A stretch of DNA of 64,000 bases from Chthoniobacter flavus (GCA_945860745.1 CAMASH010000001.1:44700-108699), one strand, 5' to 3'. Positions 43,202 through 53,232 are shown, numbered from the stretch's first letter. Translations and numbers: made by a program. The notes: generated by a model not told the origin, from the sequence alone.

Positions 43202-43321
43202 TGTAGCCACGGCACTTTGCTGGCTTCGCCACCCTTTCGGGCTGCCCTGCGGACAGGCTATCTCCCTGCGGTCGGTTGTGGCCGTGCTGGAGGGACGCCC
43301 CAATGGAGTGGGGTGGCTACA
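43202..43321. repeat. Palindromic intergenic element, TGTAGCCAC…GTGGCTACA family (long copy)
   Basis: The termini TGTAGCCAC / GTGGCTACA are exact inverted repeats. The right part (GCCGTGCTGGAGGGACGCCCCAATGGAGTGGGGTGGCTACAG) parallels 21229-21290. Confidence 0.7.
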
Positions 43322-43341
43322 GCAAAACGCGTGGACACGGT

Positions 43342-44118
43342 TCAGTCGTTCTGACCGCGCCCGGGCGGATGGTCCGCGGTTTCAAAAACCACGGGGGCAT
43401 GTTGTTTGCGCGAGCTGACCTGCGCCACATGCAGTCCGACCAGTCGCGCCATCATGACCACGAGCAGGATTTGTCCCACCACCGCCTCCAGCACCGCCAG
43501 GCTCCGCGTGATCTGGCTGGCGGGCAGCACATCGCCGAATCCCACCGTGGTGAGGGTGGTGAAGCTGAAGTAGATGAGCCATCCGGTGTCCGGATGCATG
43601 AGGGGGCCGGGGCCGGGACCGCCGGGCGGGATGATGGTAAAGCTGTTCGGAAGGAGCAGTTGGATCAGCGCATAGGCAAACCCTGCCAGCACGCCGATCA
43701 GCAGGTAAATCGAGGCGGCCCCGAAGAGGATGTTTCCATCCACCACCGGGGCGCTAAAGACCACCCGCGTGGTCACGGCGATGACATAGCCCAAGAATAA
43801 AATCTGACCGATCAGGTGTGCGGCGGTGATGAAATGATGATGAAAGACCGTGCTGAGAGAGAGAAAGGTCAGCACGATGCCCCCGAGAATGATGGATGTC
43901 GCCTTGTTGCGGGCCACCGGCCAGATGGCATGCGCAGCGGCGAGCGTCAGCAGGATGACCAGCGGGGCAATGGCCACCTCGCCCCGGAGAAATGGCACCT
44001 CGCGATCCAGTTCACTGGTCATGGGCGCACCGATGATGATCAGAAAAAGCGAGCCGACCAGAAATCCGAAGGGATATTCCCTGAGCAATTCACCCAGGCG
44101 GGAGCGCGGCTTGGCCAT
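43342..44118 (-). CDS. Two-TM-type potassium channel family protein
   Basis: Multi-TM protein with a pore helix and the selectivity filter FTTLTTVGFGD. Confidence 0.8.
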   Translation of the reverse strand: MAKPRSRLGELLREYPFGFLVGSLFLIIIGAPMTSELDREVPFLRGEVAIAPLVILLTLAAAHAIWPVARNKATSIILGGIVLTFLSLSTVFHHHFITAAHLIGQILFLGYVIAVTTRVVFSAPVVDGNILFGAASIYLLIGVLAGFAYALIQLLLPNSFTIIPPGGPGPGPLMHPDTGWLIYFSFTTLTTVGFGDVLPASQITRSLAVLEAVVGQILLVVMMARLVGLHVAQVSSRKQHAPVVFETADHPPGRGQND

Positions 44119-44128
44119 GGAGAGAATT

Positions 44129-44274
44129 TACCACAGAGAGCACCGGGAACACAGAGAAAGGATCGCCGGGCCACGGATTTTCATCCCGCAACACCGTCTT
44201 GGAGAAGAGGGGGAACCAATCCGGGTTTTCCTCCGCCGCTAAATCCCCCGGTGCTTTCCATGCTCTCTGTGGTA
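44129..44274. repeat. 14-bp perfect inverted repeat pair spanning the divergent K+-channel/HAD spacer
   Basis: TACCACAGAGAGCA (44129-44142) and TGCTCTCTGTGGTA (44261-44274). Adjacent CCGGG/CCCGG extends the symmetry, and CACAGAGA-type repeats occur in between. Confidence 0.75.
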
Positions 44275-44285
44275 GTTCTTTCTCG

Positions 44286-44879
44286 ATGAAACTCGACCTG
44301 CCCGTTCGCCCCTTCGGGGGATACCTCTTTGATTGCGACGGCACGATTGCCGATACGATGCCGATCCACTACCGCGCCTGGAGTCAGGCCATGAAGGATT
44401 TCGGCGGCACATTTCCCGAGGAGCTCTTTTACCAATGGGGCGGCATGCCCACCGCCGTCATCGTGGAAAAGCTTAATGAAAAATTCGGACTCTCCCTTGA
44501 TGTCGAGGCCACCGTGCACCGCAAGGAACGGCATTATCTCGATAATGTCCACCAGGTGCTGCCGGTCGTGCCCGTGCTGGACATCGCGAAAGGCCTGCAC
44601 GGGGTGAAGCCCTTGGCTATTGCCTCCGGCGGACATCGCGAAATGGTCGAGGCCACGCTGAATGCGATCGGCATCATCGGCATGTTCGATGCCATTGTTT
44701 GCGCCGAGGATTATGAACGGGGCAAACCGTTTCCCGACCCCTTTCTCCTGGCGGCGAGGCGCATTGGAGTTCCGCCCGAGGATTGCCTGGTTTTCGAGGA
44801 TAGTCCGACCGGCGTGGAAGCGGCCAAGGCCGCGGGCATGCACTATGTCTTTGTGCCCACCGCGGATCGGTCGCTTTGA
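44286..44879 (+). CDS. HAD-superfamily hydrolase (beta-phosphoglucomutase-like, subfamily IA)
   Basis: …GYLFDCDGTIADT… (DxDGT motif I), …IASGG…, …KP.P…, …VFEDSPTGVEAAKAAGM…. Confidence 0.8.
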   Translation: MKLDLPVRPFGGYLFDCDGTIADTMPIHYRAWSQAMKDFGGTFPEELFYQWGGMPTAVIVEKLNEKFGLSLDVEATVHRKERHYLDNVHQVLPVVPVLDIAKGLHGVKPLAIASGGHREMVEATLNAIGIIGMFDAIVCAEDYERGKPFPDPFLLAARRIGVPPEDCLVFEDSPTGVEAAKAAGMHYVFVPTADRSL

Positions 44880-44938
44880 CCGTCGTCCTTTTTCCGTCCC
44901 ATGTCCGACAGTCATAGACCGCCGCTATAAAACGCTTC

Positions 44939-47101
44939 CTACGCCTTCTGCTTTTTCCGTCCGGGCTTGGGATAGGTTTTACGCGACGGCTCGATCTTGG
45001 AAAGGCCTGATCCGTTTTTGAGCTCTGTGATCTGATCACGCAGGAGGGCGGCGCGTTCATATTCGAGGCTGGCGGCTGCGCCAGCCATGTCGCGCTCCAG
45101 TTCGCCGATCAACTCATGCAGGTCAAAGCCGGTCGGGCTTTCCATCAGGGTGCCCTGCTTTGTTTCGGAGCTCTTGAGAATCACGTGCAGGCTTTCCTGC
45201 ACGGCCCGGACCACGCTCGTCGGCGTGATGCCGTGTTCCTCGTTGTAGGCGATCTGGCGGTTGCGGCGGTATTCGGTCACGTCGATGAGGGCCTGCATGC
45301 TGCCGGTGATCTGGTCGGCGAAAAGAACCACCTCGCCCTCCACGTGCCGGGCGGCGCGGCCTGCGGTCTGGATGAGGGAGGTTTGGGAGCGGAGATAACC
45401 CTCCTTGTCCGCGTCGAGAATGCAGACGAGCGAGACCTCCGGCAGATCGAGGCCTTCGCGCAGAAGATTGATCCCGACCAACACATCGCATTCGCCCGCG
45501 CGCAGTCCGCGCAGGATTTCCACCCTTTCGATCGTGTCGATGTCGCTGTGGAGATAGCGGACCTTCAGGCCGGTATCGCGCAGATAGTCGGCCAGATCCT
45601 CCGCCGTGCGCTTGGTCAGGGTGGTGACGAGCACGCGTTCGCCGCGCTCGATCCGCTGACGGCAGAGTTCGATGGTGGCATCGATCTGCCCCTTGAGCGG
45701 CCGGATGGTGATGCGGGGATCAAGCAGGCCGGTGGGGCGGATGATTTGTTCGACCACGAGATGCGCGCCGGGCTGGTGGACATCGAAGCCATCCTGTTTC
45801 TTGTTCTTGGCCAGAAACCCCGCCACCGCCACGGCGGCAGTTTCCTGGCGGAAGAGTTTGTCGGGATTCGCGAGATAGGCGGAATTTCCCACCACGCTGT
45901 TGCGCAGCTCGAATTCGCTCGGCGTGGCGCTGACATAGATCGTCTGCTTGGTCATGTCCATGAACTCGCTGAAGTTCAAAGGCCGGTTGTCCAGCGCGCT
46001 GGGCAGCCGGAAACCGTAATTGACCAGCACCGACTTCCGCGAGCGATCCCCGGCAAACATGCCGCCGACCTGCGGCACGGTCGCGTGCGACTCGTCGATC
46101 ACGAGCAGGAAATCCTCCGGCATGAAGTCCATCAGCGTGTAGGGCCGCGAACCGGGTGGGCGTCCGGTCAGGTGCCGGGAGTAATTTTCGATGCCGTTGC
46201 AGAATCCCATTTCCTGCATCATCTCGAGATCGAACTCCGTCCGCTGCTTGATCCGTTGGGCCTCCAATAATTTGTTGTCACGCTCGAATTCCATTACGCG
46301 GTGATCCAGTTCCGCGCGGATGGCGCGCGTGGCCCGCTGGAGTTTGTCAGAGGGCGTGACGAATTGCTTGGCGGGAAAAATGGTCAGGGTGGTGAGCGTG
46401 TCATGCACCGCGCCGGTGAGGGGATCGAAGCGGCTGATGCGTTCGATCTCGTCGCCGAAAAATTCCACCCGGATCGCCTCCTCGTCCACCTGGGCCTGAT
46501 GCACCTCCACCACATCGCCGCGCACGCGGAATTTTCCCCGCGCAAAGCCCACGTCGTTGCGCTCGTAAAGCATGTCCACCAGCTTGGCCAGGAAGGCCTC
46601 GCGGGTCATGGTCTGCCCCTGTTTGATCGTGACCAGCATTTGCAGATAATCCTCCGGCGAAGCCAGGCCGTAGATGCAGGAAACGCTGGCCACTACGATC
46701 GTATCGCGCCGGGACAGCAGCGACGACACGGTGGAAAGACGCAGACGTTCGATCTCCTCGTTGATCGACGAGTCCTTCTCGATATAGGTATCGGTGCGAG
46801 GGATGTAGGCCTCCGGCTGATAGTAGTCGAAATAGCTGACGAAATACTCCACCGCATTGCGGGGAAAGAACTGCTTGAACTCGCTGTAAAGCTGCGCTGC
46901 CAGCGTTTTGTTGTGCGACATGACCAGCGTGGGCCGGTCCAGTTCGCGGATCACATTGGCCACGGTGAAGGTTTTACCCGACCCCGTGACTCCGAGCAGG
47001 GTCTGATGCCGGTTGCCCGCCTGGAGCGAGCGGGTCAATTTGTCGATGGCCTGCTCTTGGTCGCCCTGGGGTTTGTAGATTGAGGCAAGCTCGAAAGGCA
47101 T
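44939..47101 (-). CDS. uvrB: Excinuclease ABC subunit B
   Basis: 720 aa: …[12 protein letters not shown]…, …YDYYQPEAY…, helicase motifs, …DADKEGFLRS-like ([10 protein letters not shown]) and a C-terminal UVR domain (…[13 protein letters not shown]…). Confidence 0.97.
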   Translation of the reverse strand: MPFELASIYKPQGDQEQAIDKLTRSLQAGNRHQTLLGVTGSGKTFTVANVIRELDRPTLVMSHNKTLAAQLYSEFKQFFPRNAVEYFVSYFDYYQPEAYIPRTDTYIEKDSSINEEIERLRLSTVSSLLSRRDTIVVASVSCIYGLASPEDYLQMLVTIKQGQTMTREAFLAKLVDMLYERNDVGFARGKFRVRGDVVEVHQAQVDEEAIRVEFFGDEIERISRFDPLTGAVHDTLTTLTIFPAKQFVTPSDKLQRATRAIRAELDHRVMEFERDNKLLEAQRIKQRTEFDLEMMQEMGFCNGIENYSRHLTGRPPGSRPYTLMDFMPEDFLLVIDESHATVPQVGGMFAGDRSRKSVLVNYGFRLPSALDNRPLNFSEFMDMTKQTIYVSATPSEFELRNSVVGNSAYLANPDKLFRQETAAVAVAGFLAKNKKQDGFDVHQPGAHLVVEQIIRPTGLLDPRITIRPLKGQIDATIELCRQRIERGERVLVTTLTKRTAEDLADYLRDTGLKVRYLHSDIDTIERVEILRGLRAGECDVLVGINLLREGLDLPEVSLVCILDADKEGYLRSQTSLIQTAGRAARHVEGEVVLFADQITGSMQALIDVTEYRRNRQIAYNEEHGITPTSVVRAVQESLHVILKSSETKQGTLMESPTGFDLHELIGELERDMAGAAASLEYERAALLRDQITELKNGSGLSKIEPSRKTYPKPGRKKQKA

Positions 47102-47285
47102 AAGCGTTCACTATGGAGGGAATCCGGCCTCCACGCAAATGCGATCGCCGTCGCCTCCGCAGCCGCGTTCGTGAGAACGCGGTGGAGGCAGGTCCACCTT
47201 CTGACCAAGGCGGCCACGGACCTGCCGTCAAAACCCGAATCCTTCTTGCCTGTCCGGCGCGTATCTTGTGATAGATTGCTGCTCA

Positions 47286-48428
47286 ATGCTGACCGTCAAC
47301 CCGCGACTTCTGTCTCCCGAACTCCGCCCCATCTGCGACAAGGTGCAGGCTGGGGAACGGATTTCCGATGAGGACGGACTGATTCTTTACGCCAGCCGCG
47401 ACATCAATGGCATCGGCAGCATCGCCAACATCATCCGCGAGCGGCTGAACGGCAACGTCGCGACTTTTATTCACAACCGCTACATTAACTACTCGAACGT
47501 CTGCCTGCTTTCCTGCCAGTTCTGCGCTTTCGGGGCCAAGAAACGCGAACCTCATGCCTTCGAGCTGGCCATTCCCGAGATCGTCGAGACCGTGCGGGGC
47601 GCGCTCAAGCTTGGCATCACCGAGATTCACATGGTGGGCGGACTGCATCCCACCCTGAAGGGCGCATGGTATCTGGATTTACTGCGCAGCCTGCGGGCTT
47701 TGGATGCCGCCCTGACCATCAAGGCCTTCACCGCGGTGGAGATCCGGCATCTGGCGGAACGGGTTTTCAAACTCTCCATCCGGGAAACGCTGGCGCTGCT
47801 GCGCGAGAACGGACTCGGCGCCATCACGGGGGGCGGGGCGGAGATCTTCGATGCGGAGATTCGCGACAAAATCTGCCGGGGCAAGGAAAGCGCCGAGGAG
47901 TGGGCGGAGGTCCATCGCACCTGGCATCAGATGGGCGGACACAGCACGTGCACCATGCTTTACGGCCATATTGAAGAGGCCCATCACCGCGTGGACCATC
48001 TGCGGCGTTTGCGGGAAATTCAGGACGAGACGGGAGGCTTCACCGGATTCATTCCCTTCGCCTTCGAGCCGGACGGCGCGCGTCCGTCGCTTCGGGACAT
48101 CCCCCATGCCACGGCCTTCGAGGAGTTACGCAACCTCGCCATCAGCCGGATCTATTTGGATAACTTTCCCCACATTACGGCCTATTGGATCAGTCTGGGA
48201 CTCCCGCTCGCGCAGCTCGCCCTGAACTACGGGGTGGACGACTTGCACGGCACCATTACGGAAGAAAAAATCTTCCACATGGCCGGGGCCAAAACGCCGC
48301 AGGAACAGACGGTGGCGGCGATGGAAAAAGCCATCCGCGAGGCGGGCCGCGTTCCCATGCAGCGCAACACCATTTACGAACGGATCGCGAGCACGACGCC
48401 TGCGGACAGCCGCCCCGTCGCCGCCTGA
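47286..48428 (+). CDS. Radical-SAM menaquinone (futalosine pathway) enzyme, MqnE/MqnC family
   Basis: …YSNVCLLSCQFCAFGA… (CxxxCxxC cluster) and an …HMVGGLHP… pattern. Directly followed by mqnA. MqnE cannot be distinguished from MqnC by eye. Confidence 0.8.
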   Translation: MLTVNPRLLSPELRPICDKVQAGERISDEDGLILYASRDINGIGSIANIIRERLNGNVATFIHNRYINYSNVCLLSCQFCAFGAKKREPHAFELAIPEIVETVRGALKLGITEIHMVGGLHPTLKGAWYLDLLRSLRALDAALTIKAFTAVEIRHLAERVFKLSIRETLALLRENGLGAITGGGAEIFDAEIRDKICRGKESAEEWAEVHRTWHQMGGHSTCTMLYGHIEEAHHRVDHLRRLREIQDETGGFTGFIPFAFEPDGARPSLRDIPHATAFEELRNLAISRIYLDNFPHITAYWISLGLPLAQLALNYGVDDLHGTITEEKIFHMAGAKTPQEQTVAAMEKAIREAGRVPMQRNTIYERIASTTPADSRPVAA

Positions 48429-49195
48429 TGGTTGTTTCCCTCCCGGCGGATCTGCGGATCGGCGCCGTTTCCTACCTCAATACCAAGCCGCTGATTCACG
48501 CCCTGGATGCGAACGCGGTGATGCGCGATGTCCCTGCGGATCTGGCCGGGAAATTTTACGACGGGGATCTCGATGTGGCGCTCCTTCCCATCCAGGAAGT
48601 GCTGCGGGCCGGAGGCGGCCGCCTGGTGGGCGATGTGGCCATCGCCTGCCGGGGTGAGGTTTTCAGCGTCTTCGTGGCGGTCCGGGGAGAATTGGCCGAT
48701 TGCCGGGAAGTCTATCTCGATCCGTCCTCGCGCAGTTCGTCGGCTTTGTTGCGGGTGTTGCTGGCCGAGTTTTATGCCGACAGTCACACGATCGTGGAGG
48801 AAGGGGATGTTCCCGGGGATGCGGCGCGCTTGTTGATCGGGGATCCGGCCATCCGGTTCCGTCAGAAGCAGGAAGCCGGCTGGAGTTACCACGACCTGGG
48901 GGCTTTGTGGGAGAAACACACGGGGCTGCCGTTTGTTTTCGCCGTTTGGGCTCTGGCCGAAAATGCGGGGGAGGTTGGCCCGGCCCTGCGCCAGGCAAAA
49001 AAGTCCGGAATGGCTGCGCGGGGAGAAATTGCATCGCGCGAGAGCGATCCGCTGTTTGCCCTGCGTTACCTGACCGAATACATTCACTACGACCTCGGAG
49101 CGGACGAAAAAGAGGCGATCAGTCTCTTCGAAACCTTGGCCCGCCGGCACGGCGTGTTGCCCGCGGGAGAGCCTGCGCAGATCACCTGGTGCTGA
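48428..49195 (+). CDS. mqnA: Chorismate dehydratase MqnA (futalosine pathway)
   Basis: …LRIGAVSYLNTKPL…GDLDVALLPI… periplasmic-binding-protein-like MqnA pattern. The ATG overlaps the upstream stop. Confidence 0.8.
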   Translation: MVVSLPADLRIGAVSYLNTKPLIHALDANAVMRDVPADLAGKFYDGDLDVALLPIQEVLRAGGGRLVGDVAIACRGEVFSVFVAVRGELADCREVYLDPSSRSSSALLRVLLAEFYADSHTIVEEGDVPGDAARLLIGDPAIRFRQKQEAGWSYHDLGALWEKHTGLPFVFAVWALAENAGEVGPALRQAKKSGMAARGEIASRESDPLFALRYLTEYIHYDLGADEKEAISLFETLARRHGVLPAGEPAQITWC

Positions 49196-49947
49196 GGATT
49201 TCCAACGCGCGGGGTGCGCTCCCCGCGGGATCGTTCGCATGGGCCTCAATGCAAATCGGGCCCTGATACTTTGCCTCGCGCAGCAGGGTAAAGAAGCGGG
49301 CAAAATCCGCTGGCTCCTCTCCGGGGACCAGTCGGTTTCTCCCGGTCGCGACGTGGACATGGTGGAGCAACTCTCCAGCTTCCACCAACGCGTCCTCGTC
49401 GTTGTCGTCCAGCCACCAGCGACTAACTGTCCACCAGCAGACGAAAATGGGAGTGGCCGACCTCGAGGACATAGGCGGCGGATTCCTTCACGCTATTGAG
49501 GACGTTGCACTCCTTGCGATTGAGCGGTTCGGCCCCAAGGGTGACACCATGCCGCGATGCGGCCCCGGCGGCCAGGCGACCAAAGCTGACAAGTTGCTCC
49601 CACGCCTCCGCACGGCAAAAGTCATCGGGAATGTTTCGCGCGCCGCCGGATCCGAAAACGATCGTCCGGATGCCGGCGATTTCCACGCGGCGACAGACAG
49701 TGGAAAGGTAGGCATCGATCCGGACAGGATCGACGGCCGGACCGGTGACCTTGAGGTTTCCGGGGACAAAGCAATTCGCCGCGAGGCAGGGCAGAGGGCT
49801 GCGGCGTGCTTTTTCCCATTCGGCCAGAAAGACGGATTCCTCCGCCTCGCCTTGCAGGAATTGCTGGACGTTCAGTTCGAGGAAATCAAACCCGGCTTGC
49901 GCGAAGTGGGGGGAGATTTCGGGGGAGGTGCAGATGCCGAAATTCAT
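49182..49947 (-). pseudogene. Sugar phosphate isomerase/epimerase (xylose isomerase-like TIM barrel), split by a frameshift
   Basis: ORF 49423-49947 ends …GHSHFRLLVDS*. ORF 49182-49472 continues in another frame with …WWLDDNDEDALVEAGELLHHVHVA…ICIEAH…. Together they make one ~255-aa TIM-barrel protein. The frame changes near 49421-49432. Confidence 0.6.
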
Positions 49948-49955
49948 GCGGATGG

Positions 49956-51041
49956 TTAAATGACATCCTCAGCCACGGCATCGGCCAGCATTTTTCCCCG
50001 TTGGGTGAGGTAGCTGCGGCCGGATTCTTCGCGAAGGAGACCCCCGGCCACGAGTTGGGCGGCCTTGTCCGTGGGAAGGAGGCTGGTGGGGACCCCGCGG
50101 TTCGTGCGCAGGGCAAAGGCGATTTGCTCGACCTTGCGGGTGTCCGCATCAAGGGCTTCTCGGAAATCGGCCGCTCCCTCGCCGCTTGCGATGCGCCGGA
50201 TGAACTCCGATGTGTCGCTGACGTTTTTCCAGCGTTCGTTTTGCAGAGTGGAAAACGCGCTGGGTCCGAGGCCGAGATAGTCGGACCCCAGCCAGTAGGC
50301 CAGATTGTGCCGGCACTCGCGGCCGGACCGGGCATAGTTGGAAATCTCGTATTGCTCGAAACCTGCCGCCCCGAGCAATTCCATGGTGACCTCGAAAAGA
50401 CCGGCATCAAGGGTTTCGTCGGGACGGTACTCGCCGCGGGTCATGCGGACGAAGTACTCGGTGTCCTCCTCGTATGTCAGGCAATAGGCGGAGATATGAT
50501 CGGGCTGGAGGGCGATGGTTTGGATCAAACTCTCGCGCCACTGGGCGAGGGTTTGGCCGGGGATGCCGAACATGAGATCCAGGTTTACGTTGTCAAATCC
50601 GGCTTCGCGGAGAATTTCGTAGCTCCGCCGGGCCTGGGCGGCTGAGTGAACGCGTCCCAAGGTTTCCAAAAGACCCGGATCCCAGCTCTGCACCCCCATG
50701 CTCACGCGATTGACCCCGAGGGCGCGCAAGGCGGCGGCTTTTTCGAGGGACACCGTGGCGGGGTTCATCTCAATGGTAAATTCCTCCACCGCGGAAAAAT
50801 CGATCCGTTGGCGTAGTCCGCCGATGAGGTATTGCAACTGCGGGGTCGAAAGCGCCGTGGGGGTGCCTCCGCCGAAGAAAATTGTGACCGGGCGCAGGCG
50901 GCCGGCGTGAAGTTCCGACTCCTTGAGCATGGCATCGAGGAAAGCCTGTGTCTTGTTGCGGTCACTTGCCTCCTTGTAAAAGCTGCAATACGGACACACC
51001 TTGGGGCAGAACGGGATGTGCGCGTAAAGATGAGAAATCAT
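49956..51041 (-). CDS. hemW: Radical-SAM heme chaperone HemW (HemN-like, oxygen-independent coproporphyrinogen oxidase family)
   Basis: LYAHIPFCPKVCPYCSF (CxxxCxxC) and a …FFGGGTP… pattern; its ~360-aa size fits HemW rather than HemN. Confidence 0.88.
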   Translation of the reverse strand: MISHLYAHIPFCPKVCPYCSFYKEASDRNKTQAFLDAMLKESELHAGRLRPVTIFFGGGTPTALSTPQLQYLIGGLRQRIDFSAVEEFTIEMNPATVSLEKAAALRALGVNRVSMGVQSWDPGLLETLGRVHSAAQARRSYEILREAGFDNVNLDLMFGIPGQTLAQWRESLIQTIALQPDHISAYCLTYEEDTEYFVRMTRGEYRPDETLDAGLFEVTMELLGAAGFEQYEISNYARSGRECRHNLAYWLGSDYLGLGPSAFSTLQNERWKNVSDTSEFIRRIASGEGAADFREALDADTRKVEQIAFALRTNRGVPTSLLPTDKAAQLVAGGLLREESGRSYLTQRGKMLADAVAEDVI

Positions 51042-51095
51042 GACAAAGACTACTCAAGCACCTCGCGGCAGGAACGCAAAGGACGCAAAGGATCA

Positions 51096-52235
51096 ATGAA
51101 GTCTCCAGGGAACACGCTGGTTCGGATTGTCGGCATTCTGCTGCTCTGGACCATCAGTCGTGCACCGGCCCAAATTGAAGACCCGCCTGCTCCCCCGAAT
51201 CCAGACCCGGGAATGGCGGGAACCAGCGAAAGGCGGTCATCTCTTCAAAAATCGAAGGTCTATTACGCCATCGATTCGAATGTCCTGGGTCCGTCCCGAA
51301 CGGTCCAGCCCCGGATCGTCGCCCGGATGGTGGAAAGTTTGGTCTGTGGTGCCACCGGAAAGGCCGCGCCGGCCGAAGCCTGGCGGTCCCTGGTTTCACC
51401 CGCTGACAAAGTGGGGATCAAGGTTTCCGCGTCCGGCCGGACGGTGAGCGGCACGAACCCGGAGGTGGTCGCTGCGGTGGTCGAGGGATTGCGCGAAGCC
51501 GGGGTGCCGGAAAAAAACATCATCGTGTGGGATCGCAATCTCGAGGACCTCCTGGCCGCCGGTTTTAAAAAAGGAGGCGACGGTTATCAACTGCGCTGGG
51601 TGGACCCCGCCTCCGGCTATGACTCCAAGGCCCAGGTCAGTGCGCCGGTGTTGGGCAAGCTCATCTGGGGCGACCGCAAGTTCGGGGAAAAATCGGTGCG
51701 GCGGTTTTCCGACATGCTTACGGGCGGCGAGCAGCTCAGCAGTCAGAGTTACTACGCCAAGGTGCTCAGCACCGAGGTAACCAAGGTGATCAATATTCCG
51801 TCACTGACCGACAGCTACACCACCGGCATCAACGGCGCATTGGTCAACATGACCCTGGCCAATCTCGACAACTGGCGGCGCTTTGCCAAATCCGCCGCGG
51901 AGGGCGACTCCTACATTGCCGAGATCTATGCGGATGCCCCCATCCGGGGAAAAGTTGTCCTGACCATCATGGACGCCCTCATCCTGCAATATGCGGGAGG
52001 GCCCTTTCCCGATCCGGATTTTGCGGTGGAAAACTACGCCCTGTTTGCGGGCAGGGATCCGGTGGCCATTGACGCCACCGCCTTGCGGCTGATTGAGGAA
52101 GTCCGCAAGGCCAACCGCATGCCCTCGGTTAAACCCATGGCCGTCTACATCGAGGCCGGAGTCGAACTCGGGCTGGGGGAGTTTCTGGAACACCGCATCG
52201 AGATGGTGCGCGTCGGCGTGGAGGGGATTCGGTGA
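51096..52235 (+). CDS. Secreted DUF362-domain protein
   Basis: Signal-peptide-like N-terminus (MKSPGNTLVRIVGILLLWTISRAPA) and …VGIKVSASG…NPEVVAAVVEGLREAGV…IIVWDR… resembling DUF362. Start chosen at 51096, preceded by AAGGA. Confidence 0.6.
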   Translation: MKSPGNTLVRIVGILLLWTISRAPAQIEDPPAPPNPDPGMAGTSERRSSLQKSKVYYAIDSNVLGPSRTVQPRIVARMVESLVCGATGKAAPAEAWRSLVSPADKVGIKVSASGRTVSGTNPEVVAAVVEGLREAGVPEKNIIVWDRNLEDLLAAGFKKGGDGYQLRWVDPASGYDSKAQVSAPVLGKLIWGDRKFGEKSVRRFSDMLTGGEQLSSQSYYAKVLSTEVTKVINIPSLTDSYTTGINGALVNMTLANLDNWRRFAKSAAEGDSYIAEIYADAPIRGKVVLTIMDALILQYAGGPFPDPDFAVENYALFAGRDPVAIDATALRLIEEVRKANRMPSVKPMAVYIEAGVELGLGEFLEHRIEMVRVGVEGIR

Positions 52236-53056
52236 AGGGGGAAGAAGGGACATTGAGACGCGGAGACGCGGGGAGTGGTTTCGCCGTGTCTCCGCGTCCC
52301 CCGGTTTCCGCGTCTCTCTCGCTGGACTGGAACCTCCTCAAACGGGTTTCGCGCTCTTTCTATCTGACCCTGCGTCTATTGCCCGGACCGGTGCGCGAGC
52401 CGATCTCACTGGCCTACCTGCTGGCGCGTGGGTCCGACACCGAGGCGGATGGGGCCGCGACGGACGCCGAGAAGGAACTGCTGGCCCGGCGTCAAGAAAT
52501 CGAAGGATGGCTGGCGGCATCGCCGGATCGTGCAGAAATCGGGAAAGTCTGGACGACGATCCAGGATGGTCAGCGTTTTGATGGCGAGCGGTTCGGCGGT
52601 GGGAATTCACCGCCTTTGTCGGCGGAGGAATTGGATCGTTACACGTATCTGGTGGCGGGTTGTGTGGGAGAATTCTGGACCGGAATTTGTGCGAAAAAAC
52701 TGCCCGGATTCTCCCGGCGTCCGCTTGAGGAAATGAAGGAACTTGGCGTGAGGTTCGGGAAGGGGCTTCAACTCGTCAACATCCTCCGCGACCGGCAGGC
52801 GGATGCCCGGCTCGGGCGGGTCTATGTTACGGACACGCAGTTTTCCGAACAACTCCGGCTTGCCCGCGAACATCTTGACGCGGCGGAGATTTATATCCGG
52901 TCCTTGACGGTTCGCCGCCTGCGCGCCGCCTGCGCCCTGCCATTCCTGATGGGATGCGAGACCCTCGATCTGGTGCAGAAATTTCCGGATCGCGCTGGAG
53001 TGAAAATTTCAAGGAACCGGGTTTGGTTTCTTTTGTTTCGAGGTTTCTTTTTTTAG
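52232..53056 (+). CDS. Squalene/phytoene synthase family protein (farnesyl-diphosphate farnesyltransferase-like)
   Basis: …LLKRVSRSFYLTLRLLP…AYLLARGSDTEAD…YLVAGCVGEFW…GKGLQLVNILRD… is the trans-isoprenyl diphosphate synthase head-to-head pattern. The first ~25 codons run through a palindromic repeat, so the true start may be downstream. Confidence 0.7.
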   Translation: MKGEEGTLRRGDAGSGFAVSPRPPVSASLSLDWNLLKRVSRSFYLTLRLLPGPVREPISLAYLLARGSDTEADGAATDAEKELLARRQEIEGWLAASPDRAEIGKVWTTIQDGQRFDGERFGGGNSPPLSAEELDRYTYLVAGCVGEFWTGICAKKLPGFSRRPLEEMKELGVRFGKGLQLVNILRDRQADARLGRVYVTDTQFSEQLRLAREHLDAAEIYIRSLTVRRLRAACALPFLMGCETLDLVQKFPDRAGVKISRNRVWFLLFRGFFF

Positions 53057-53063
53057 TTCCGGG

Positions 53064-53202
53064 AGGGCCCGACCTCCGGGCGGGCCGATGGATAGGGCAA
53101 CCCCGCCCAAGGTAGGGCCCGATCTCCGAGCGGGCCGTTTTTTCTCAAGAGCCCGAAACTCGCAAAGGCGGCCCGCCCGGAGGTCGGGCCCTACCATTGC
53201 CA
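53064..53202. repeat. REP block (left): three copies of the GGGCCCGA(C/T)CTCCG(G/A)GCGGGCC palindromic unit (two forward, one inverted)
   Basis: GGGCCCGACCTCCGGGCGGGCC … GGGCCCGATCTCCGAGCGGGCC … GGCCCGCCCGGAGGTCGGGCCC. Each unit is itself a GGCCCG/CGGGCC hairpin. Confidence 0.9.
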
Positions 53203-53232
53203 GTCGTGCCATGGCGCACTATAGACGGCAGC

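Noticed and set aside
42850-43215. 121-aa minus-strand ORF in the trpG/K+-channel spacer (…ALVFSQDLIDQALSAVIDCRFETPHSAHEIVNMDTFKRRKFDP…)
   Set aside because: The first ~50 residues look protein-like and the local GC is lower, so it may be a gene remnant. The rest is Ser/Gly/Pro-rich, it overlaps the palindromic element and the trpG stop, and I cannot assign any family.
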